64,000 nucleotides of DNA, taken from positions 8,952-72,951 of the forward strand of contig JAEOTC010000154.1 of the NCBI GenBank assembly GCA_016840035.1, in the 5' to 3' direction. Below the pieces are notes generated by a model. The model did no database searches. It was not told the DNA's origin and saw nothing but the letters and a program-made list of their open reading frames with translations. Positions 57,479 to 64,000 of this stretch are shown piece after piece. Positions within the stretch are counted from its first letter, which is position 1. Each line of letters begins with the position of its first letter. The position numbers and the translations under genes are program-made. This DNA comes from Candidatus Hodarchaeota archaeon (GTDB lineage Archaea > Asgardarchaeota > Heimdallarchaeia > Hodarchaeales > Hodarchaeaceae).

Positions 57479-59866
57479 GTGAGAAAGATATCTCAACCGA
57501 CTACCATTGCAAAGGATGTAAGGCCTGCTGACATTCTCTGCCTTGACGACGATGAGTGGTTTTTAAGACTCTTAGTTAAAAAATTCCAAAATGTGGATTC
57601 TAATTTTAAAATAACAACAGCTATGAGTGTTGAAGAAGCGGTTGGCCACTTAAATACGCAATCCTTTGATTGTATCTTATGTGATCATAAACTTCCTGGT
57701 ACAATTACCATACATGGAAAAATTTTCCCATCCGACGGTATACATGTAATGCGGAAGTTTAAAGACGAATTAGAGATCGATTCTCCTTTCATTTTTGTTA
57801 CTGGTCAAGGTTCTGAAGAGATAGCTTCTCAGGCACTTCAACTCGGAGCTGCGGGGTACTTCATTAAACGTGTTCAACCTGGGTACTATAGCTTAATGGC
57901 GACTTCAATTCGTCAAATTATTGATCGTTACTGGTTACGACGGGAATTAAAAGAATCTGAATTCCGATATAAGGATTTATTTGAGAATTCGGCGGGAATA
58001 ATTCTTATTTTTGATACTAAAGGTAATTTGCAAGAATCGAATCAAAATTTCTATACAATGTTTGGCTATCAAGTAGGTGACGACCTTACTTATTCTCAAA
58101 TCGCTCATAAAGACGATTTTGATAAATGGCAAAATATGATTGAATCAATTGTCCAGGGGAATAACCAAATTCAATTACTACGAGCAGTAACTGCAAATGA
58201 AACAGTACTTCACCTTGATATCCATGCCAGGCCAATTTGGGATCGTCGGAAGAAAACGATTACAGGGATTCAAGCTATTGCACGTGATATCTCAGATCAG
58301 GTTAAGACACAACAAGCTCTAATTGATTCAGAGGAGAAGCATAGAAAGATTGTTGAAGGGTCAATAGACGGGATTATTTATCTTGATACTCAGGGACTAG
58401 TGGTCGATTGGAATCCAGCTGCCTCGGATATTACTGGTATTAAACAGGAAGAAGCTAGAGGACAAGGAATTGAGCATCTCCTTCAATCATTGAAACCATC
58501 ACAAGTTAATGACCCAGAGTCTATTGAGGTTGATCCGGTAGTTATCAGAAAAGAATATAAAAGACTTTTTGAGTCTGAATCCGCCTTAAAAACTCCCAAA
58601 ATGATCGAATTTAGTTTAGAAAATATAAACACCGGAAAAAGGCACATTATTGAGACTGTTGCATTTATAGTTGAACATTCTAAAGGAAATCGTGTCGCAA
58701 TAGTCATGCGTGATGTTACGGAAAGACGTATTGCTGAAGCAGAAAGTCGTTCTTTCGCTCAACGATTTCAAATGTTAATTGAACAAACAGCCATTGGTGT
58801 ATGGGTAACAGACCTTTCTGAGACAACTACTTATGTTAACGACAGTGTTACACAAATTCTTGGTTATAGTAAGCGAGAAATTATTGGTTCTTCTGTATTA
58901 GACTTTGCTACCCCGGAAAGTGCAGAGATTATACGAGAAAAAACTAAAAGTCGTTTTACACAGAAGATTGTAAATGATACATATGAACTGCAATTTTTCC
59001 ACAGGAATGGAAAAGTAATTACAACACTAGTAACCGCTGCAGCAATACATGATGAAAGTGGGGACCTATTGGAAACGTATGGGTTAATCCGTGATGTGAC
59101 AGCAGAGCGGGAAAGGGAACAAGAACTTAAACGGACTAAAGAATTTTTAGAGTCCGTTATTGCTTCTATGCCCTCAGGAGTTTACTCATATGATTTAGAT
59201 CAAAAAATTACCATGAGTAATCCTCGCATGGCTGAAATTCTTCAATATAAATCGAAAAATGAGTTGATTGGTCGTTCAATTTACGATTTATTTCCATCAA
59301 GAGAACATACTCGAGTTAAATCTTTGGTAAAAGAACGCATGACAGGCCAGAGATCAAAAGAGTATATTCCTCTCTATTACTTAACTAGAACGGGTAAAGA
59401 AGTAATTACATCTGTTTCCTCTATTCCACTGATTATTGACGGGAAGGTCGAAGGAGCCGTTGTAACTGTATCCGATTTAACCGAACAAAGACAAATAGAA
59501 GAATATGTTCATAAAATATCTCATGAATATCGAGTATTACTTGAAAAACTACCAGGGGGAGTAATAAAAATCAATAGTCTTGGTCACGTAATTACTTATA
59601 ATGAACAGGCTGTTGAGATATTAAAGTTTCTAGATATAGTCGATCTAGGTACATTAAACATATTAGAATTCCATCCATTTAAAGAAGCCGGAATTACTGA
59701 TAAATTCAGGAATTTATTATATCAGAAAAGTGAGGAGGAAGTAATTAAGGCTGAACTGAAAGATGAGGTGGGGACTCTCCATACACTTAGACTTCATATC
59801 TTTCCTGTAAAGGATCAGTATATGGAAAATCTCTCTTGGTTCGTAATAATCAATAAATCCAATTAA
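57479..59866 (+). CDS. Response-regulator receiver plus five PAS domains, no output domain
   Basis: LDDD, CDHKLPG (phospho-Asp), VTGQG, YFIK; repeated PAS ends RDIS/RDVT/SDLT. Confidence 0.88.
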   Translation: MRKISQPTTIAKDVRPADILCLDDDEWFLRLLVKKFQNVDSNFKITTAMSVEEAVGHLNTQSFDCILCDHKLPGTITIHGKIFPSDGIHVMRKFKDELEIDSPFIFVTGQGSEEIASQALQLGAAGYFIKRVQPGYYSLMATSIRQIIDRYWLRRELKESEFRYKDLFENSAGIILIFDTKGNLQESNQNFYTMFGYQVGDDLTYSQIAHKDDFDKWQNMIESIVQGNNQIQLLRAVTANETVLHLDIHARPIWDRRKKTITGIQAIARDISDQVKTQQALIDSEEKHRKIVEGSIDGIIYLDTQGLVVDWNPAASDITGIKQEEARGQGIEHLLQSLKPSQVNDPESIEVDPVVIRKEYKRLFESESALKTPKMIEFSLENINTGKRHIIETVAFIVEHSKGNRVAIVMRDVTERRIAEAESRSFAQRFQMLIEQTAIGVWVTDLSETTTYVNDSVTQILGYSKREIIGSSVLDFATPESAEIIREKTKSRFTQKIVNDTYELQFFHRNGKVITTLVTAAAIHDESGDLLETYGLIRDVTAEREREQELKRTKEFLESVIASMPSGVYSYDLDQKITMSNPRMAEILQYKSKNELIGRSIYDLFPSREHTRVKSLVKERMTGQRSKEYIPLYYLTRTGKEVITSVSSIPLIIDGKVEGAVVTVSDLTEQRQIEEYVHKISHEYRVLLEKLPGGVIKINSLGHVITYNEQAVEILKFLDIVDLGTLNILEFHPFKEAGITDKFRNLLYQKSEEEVIKAELKDEVGTLHTLRLHIFPVKDQYMENLSWFVIINKSN

Positions 59867-60873
59867 ACTTCTAATTCAATAACTTTTCCCGTTTCAATCC
59901 CTTTTCTAGCTGCCTCTACTAATTTAAGAGCATTAATACCATCATCGATTGTCACAAGTGGTTCTCCATCACCCCTAATGCAGTCTACTAAGTTCCACAT
60001 TTCAGAAAGTAAAGGTTCACCATAAACTTTTATCTGTTCACCATTAGAAAAGGGAATACGAATAGCTGAAGCGTCTTTTTCTCCTCTAGCGATCTCTAAA
60101 CTTCTTAATTCTAAGATCTGAGTAAGTAAGTTCGCACAGAGAGTTGCTTTCGTTCCTTCTATGTCAATTGTTCTTAATTTCCCTGCAAACTCGCGACTCA
60201 TCAAAAATGTAACAAAGAATTCTTCCTCTTCAGAAGAAAGTACAATAATACTAGAATTCCCAATGTGATTCAGTGTAAGTGCTGACGAAAATAACTTGAT
60301 TTTCCGCCCTTTAGGGAATAAACGCATTGCTACGTCGAAATCATGAACCCCAATATCCTCATAAACATCACCAATGGATCCTAGTCGTGCTTCAGCTACA
60401 GCACCTCGTCTTTGGAATAAAACTGATCGAGGCTTGCCAATAACACCACCCTCAAGGATTTCTATTATTCGCGAAATAACTGGATTATATACTTCCACGT
60501 GTCCTACGATCGTTTTTATCTTACTTCCTTGTAGTTTTTCTTTTAGTTCAAGAGCTTGAGCAACAGAAGTGGCTACAGGTTTTTCTATGAGTAAACCTTT
60601 TAAAGATGGTAAGGTAGACACAGCTTCCAAGGCAACCTTGGCATGGATGCTCGTAGGAACAGCAATAATGATTCCATTCGGTTGTCTTTCGCGTGCTAAG
60701 TCTTTTATTGTCGAAAAGCATGGTACTTGAAACTGTTCGCCGACTTTAGTTGCTGTATTGCTATCAGGTTCAACAATTGAATCTAAAAATCCTAATCTAT
60801 GTAATAATCGGGCATGAAAATATCCCATTCTTCCTGATCCAATAACTGATATTCGAATCGAATCAATTGACAT
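59863..60873 (-). CDS. Gfo/Idh/MocA family oxidoreductase
   Basis: VIGSGRMG, AVPT..H, IEKP, GHVE.YNP, DIGVHDFD. Confidence 0.9.
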   Translation of the reverse strand: MSIDSIRISVIGSGRMGYFHARLLHRLGFLDSIVEPDSNTATKVGEQFQVPCFSTIKDLARERQPNGIIIAVPTSIHAKVALEAVSTLPSLKGLLIEKPVATSVAQALELKEKLQGSKIKTIVGHVEVYNPVISRIIEILEGGVIGKPRSVLFQRRGAVAEARLGSIGDVYEDIGVHDFDVAMRLFPKGRKIKLFSSALTLNHIGNSSIIVLSSEEEEFFVTFLMSREFAGKLRTIDIEGTKATLCANLLTQILELRSLEIARGEKDASAIRIPFSNGEQIKVYGEPLLSEMWNLVDCIRGDGEPLVTIDDGINALKLVEAARKGIETGKVIELEV

Positions 60874-60909
60874 TTTTTCTTCACTAAATTCCTTTAAAAT
60901 AATTTTACT

Positions 60910-62301
60910 TTAAGCTCGGGCCGTAAGTTCCTCTAAAGCTCTTGGAACCTGCATAGAATATAAAAATATAACTAACACCATAATAACTATTATGAAATAA
61001 ATTACCATATTCCAGTCTTTTAATATTCGATCATAAATATCACCTAAGGGTAGGATCAGAATTAGGGATATCCATGTAGCTCCAAAGAAGAGCGTAAGAA
61101 GATGAGTTCTCAAGGAAAGTCCTTGAAACAAAAATCCAGAGAAATTGCCAACAATCCCCACAATCCCAACGCTTATAATTGCTAATATTGCAGTCATTGC
61201 AACTGTATAGATTGATCCCCAGCCAATACCTTTTATAAAAGACCGATTCTTTAGTGCTCGTTCTTCAGTCGACTTTAAATCTCCTAAACGAAGAATTATG
61301 GGGCCTCCTCCAAAAGAAATCCATAAAAAGTTGAAAATTGTAGTAATAAGAATTCTTGTAGAATCAAGACGATATTTTACTCGATATCCTGATTTCCGAT
61401 ATACTAAGAATGTACTCAACCATATTGGCATCATTAACAAGGATGTCAATAGGAAACCGAAAATGATAGCCAAAAACCCATCTACAACTGTATATGAATC
61501 TAAATTAATGGCTCCATGTGACGGTGAATTACTATATATGTTAAACCAGTATAGGTACATCATTGTAACCAGAAGGAAGACTCCTAGAGAATTCAGTAAA
61601 TTTTGACCTGTAAATCCCCCAAAATTCTTGTTTAGAGTGCTTAATGTTGAATGATTTTGATGGATAACACTGAAAGAACGAGTATGGGAAATAACACTCT
61701 TGTTTGGGAAATTCTTGGAGGCTCCTTGCCTGATAATTGTAAGAGGGATACTTGCTGGTTTTAATAGCTGAGATAATTCGAGTTGAAACCCCTCAAAAGG
61801 CTGATCCAGTAATATCGAACGTTTTTGTTTCCGTCCTAAATCCGTTGCTCCGCAATGTACACAATAACCAGTATTTGGAGGATTTGATTTCCAACAATGA
61901 TTACATATAACTGACTGTGGCCCTTCCTGAATGGAGGATTTAATTCTAGCCCCACATAAATGACAAAATGTATGTCCAGAAGGTACCTGCTGACGACATA
62001 AAGGACAAAGTTGTTCTTTATCAGTCATTGGGCTTTCAGGGCTCAAAGATTTACCACATTTTATACAAAATACCGTTTTAGGTACTGTTTCTTCACAATG
62101 AGGACATTTAATTTTCTCGAATGCAGGTTGGTCATCTTTTTCCTGGGGGGTACTCATTTTTTGTCCACAAGTAATGCAGAAATCAGTTTTAGGAACCCTT
62201 GCTTTACAATGTGGACAAGTAATAAAATTTAAATCTATATTATCCGAGTTCATTTTAGGAAAATGTCCTGTCTTAATAATAAGTCTATATCTTCTCTTCA
62301 T
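60910..62301 (-). CDS. Multi-zinc-ribbon (DZR) membrane protein (start may be 62253)
   Basis: Four CxxC..FCxxCG-type ribbons followed by about six TM helices. Confidence 0.8.
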   Translation of the reverse strand: MKRRYRLIIKTGHFPKMNSDNIDLNFITCPHCKARVPKTDFCITCGQKMSTPQEKDDQPAFEKIKCPHCEETVPKTVFCIKCGKSLSPESPMTDKEQLCPLCRQQVPSGHTFCHLCGARIKSSIQEGPQSVICNHCWKSNPPNTGYCVHCGATDLGRKQKRSILLDQPFEGFQLELSQLLKPASIPLTIIRQGASKNFPNKSVISHTRSFSVIHQNHSTLSTLNKNFGGFTGQNLLNSLGVFLLVTMMYLYWFNIYSNSPSHGAINLDSYTVVDGFLAIIFGFLLTSLLMMPIWLSTFLVYRKSGYRVKYRLDSTRILITTIFNFLWISFGGGPIILRLGDLKSTEERALKNRSFIKGIGWGSIYTVAMTAILAIISVGIVGIVGNFSGFLFQGLSLRTHLLTLFFGATWISLILILPLGDIYDRILKDWNMVIYFIIVIMVLVIFLYSMQVPRALEELTARA

Positions 62302-62384
62302 ATTCTTGTTTAAAAACAGTTTTCTGAAAAAACAGTAACTTATCTTGAATATTGCTTACTAATTCCAAATTCAAAAGAATTCTC

Positions 62385-62840
62385 TTACGTATTAATAAAA
62401 ATTAATATTCCTATCAGGATAATCAATAGTTCAGTGAAAACGATTTGTGGCTGCTTATAATAACCTAATAGGGAAGTTTTTGGACTTGATTCTTTTAGAA
62501 TGTCCTTAGGATTGAAATCAAATAGAGAGAATGAGAAATCAGAAAAAGGCGCAAAAATGTACACTTTCCAATCAATAACATCACTAAGAGTATGTAGAAC
62601 TCCGCCTAAAAAGAACCAAAAGATATCTAATTTTAGTAATAATGCTAAAAAAGACAAAAAAAACCAGATCAATGGATAGTGGGTGAAATAAGTACGATGA
62701 TTCTTTTTTTGAAATATTGCCGGTAGGATATCAAAATCAGGAAGGAAAGAACCACAAATTAATAGTAAACTAAAGAAAGAATTTAAATTGGCTGTATTTG
62801 CACAAATATATCCAATTAAGAGATGGATGTGAGGCATCAA
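62385..62840 (-). CDS. Membrane-bound metal-dependent hydrolase (YdjM/DUF457-like)
   Basis: H..GY, GSFLPDFD, HRTYFTHY, LHTLSD. Confidence 0.82.
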   Translation of the reverse strand: MMPHIHLLIGYICANTANLNSFFSLLLICGSFLPDFDILPAIFQKKNHRTYFTHYPLIWFFLSFLALLLKLDIFWFFLGGVLHTLSDVIDWKVYIFAPFSDFSFSLFDFNPKDILKESSPKTSLLGYYKQPQIVFTELLIILIGILIFINT

Positions 62841-62964
62841 TTGATAAACCAGTTTTATTAGTCTTTAAAATTCATTAAGATCGAAGTAACTAATTCACAT
62901 ATCATTTAAAAACAACTATCGATCCTTATTAAATCGGTCTTATACATTTTGGGATGAATTATTT

Positions 62965-63348
62965 TTGCCATATCGCCAGCCCTTACAGAAACTGATAGAG
63001 GATAAGATTATTTTGGGAGTTGTAATCTTCGATGCCTCTGGCAATGATTGGTGGCATACTGGATCCTTTCCACAAGCAAACGATAGACTTTTAGATGGCT
63101 ATTATCTTATCCACGAATGGGTAACATACCCTGCATCCGCTGAAATTGCTGGAGTAAAATATTTGACACTATTGAATGCCTACCCTGATTATTGGCTATT
63201 AACTAATATGCAAGGTCAAGGATCATTAATTCTCCAAAAAGCACCAAATGGTTTCTATTTTCTTTGCTACGTGGATGAATCCATCGACTCTCCTGATATC
63301 CAGAAAAAAATAAAGGTTATCGCAGATCTCTTTGCCCAAGGAGCTTAA
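62965..63348 (+). CDS. Profilin-like protein (Asgard type)
   Basis: 127 aa; N-terminal helix, GVVIFDASG..W.T, S..IAGVKY, TNMQGQG.LI, YV, C-terminal helix; matches the pattern of Asgard profilins (IxGxKY...TNxxGxG). Confidence 0.75.
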   Translation: MPYRQPLQKLIEDKIILGVVIFDASGNDWWHTGSFPQANDRLLDGYYLIHEWVTYPASAEIAGVKYLTLLNAYPDYWLLTNMQGQGSLILQKAPNGFYFLCYVDESIDSPDIQKKIKVIADLFAQGA

Positions 63349-63358
63349 GGGATTTAAT

Positions 63359-64000
63359 ATGTCAAATGGAAATGATTATTCAAAATTAGGCCATATTTTC
63401 CGAGCATATGACGTACGAGGAGTGTATAATAAGGAAATAACTGCAGCTGTTCATTATCGAATTGGCCAAGCGTTTGGAACCTTCCTTCAAGAAAAACAGG
63501 GAGTTAATCGACAAGATTTTGTTTTTGTTGCCTATGATGTTCGTCAAACGAGTTCTTTACTTGCACAGGCGTTTGCAGCCGGAGTAATGACTTCTGGAAT
63601 AAACATTGAATATTCTGGTGAACCTTTACAGTTTGGAGCCTGCATGTTCACTGCATGGAGAAGAAAGGCTTTTGCTACAGCTTTTGTTACCGCATCGCAT
63701 CTTCCTCCTGAATGGAATGGAGTGAAATTCTATTATGGTACTGGTGTGGGATTTTCTGAAGAAGATAATATGGAAATTCGAGATATATTCCTAAAAGGGG
63801 AATTTTTAGCGCCATCATGGGCCGATGTAGGGCAAATGACTCGTTTGAATCTCAAAGATGAATATAGAGAATATTTAGCTAAAAAATTCTCATTAAAACG
63901 ACAGTTAAAAGTCGTTATTGACTGTGGGAATGGATCCTCCTGTTTATCTGCACCAGAAGTGTTAAAAGCCATTGGTCTTGAGGTTATTCCTCTTTTCTGC
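63359..64000 (+). CDS. Phosphomannomutase/phosphoglucomutase, truncated by the window end (missing from the ORF track)
   Basis: Manual translation MSNGNDYSKLGHIFRAYDVRG...AYDVRQTS...VTASHLPPEWNGVKF...VVIDCGNG. Confidence 0.92.
   Translation, partial: MSNGNDYSKLGHIFRAYDVRGVYNKEITAAVHYRIGQAFGTFLQEKQGVNRQDFVFVAYDVRQTSSLLAQAFAAGVMTSGINIEYSGEPLQFGACMFTAWRRKAFATAFVTASHLPPEWNGVKFYYGTGVGFSEEDNMEIRDIFLKGEFLAPSWADVGQMTRLNLKDEYREYLAKKFSLKRQLKVVIDCGNGSSCLSAPEVLKAIGLEVIPLFC

Noticed and set aside
1-64000. tRNA/rRNA genes, transposases, integrases
   Set aside because: No GC-rich structured RNA segment or mobile-element ORF recognised by eye; tRNAscan-SE and Infernal would be needed to exclude small RNAs

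Overview
AT-rich, gene-dense archaeal DNA, most likely from an Asgard archaeon (inference from a profilin-like gene, a probable tandem longin-like protein and several C-terminally anchored surface proteins; no rRNA or ribosomal marker is present to confirm). 0-11.3 kb: Hdr/Mvh electron-bifurcation cluster (hdrC, hdrB, extra HdrD-like CCG protein, duplicated ~1040-aa hdrA, mvhD, maturation protease, mvhG, mvhA), interrupted by a two-gene insert. 11.5-25.7 kb: gcvH, a decayed ccmB pseudogene, a SufR-like regulator, CBS-korA-korB-ZnR/CBS, msrB/msrA and an orphan 2-oxoacid dehydrogenase E1. 25.9-29.1 kb is the most striking locus: a ubiquitin-like conjugation operon (JAB peptidase fused to an RWD/UBC-like domain, ThiF/E1 with no crossover-loop Cys, two tandem E2 paralogues) that has no beta-grasp ubiquitin. 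It is instead headed by an unannotated 34-aa charged peptide with its own TATA box and Shine-Dalgarno, a candidate non-ubiquitin modifier tag. 29-64 kb: MoxR/DUF58 operon, surface proteins, PadR/HAAS pair, GH53, sensor kinase, ABC exporter, REC-PAS protein, profilin and a truncated phosphohexomutase. No tRNA, rRNA, CRISPR array or mobile element was recognised. All family calls are from reading motifs by eye; no searches were run.
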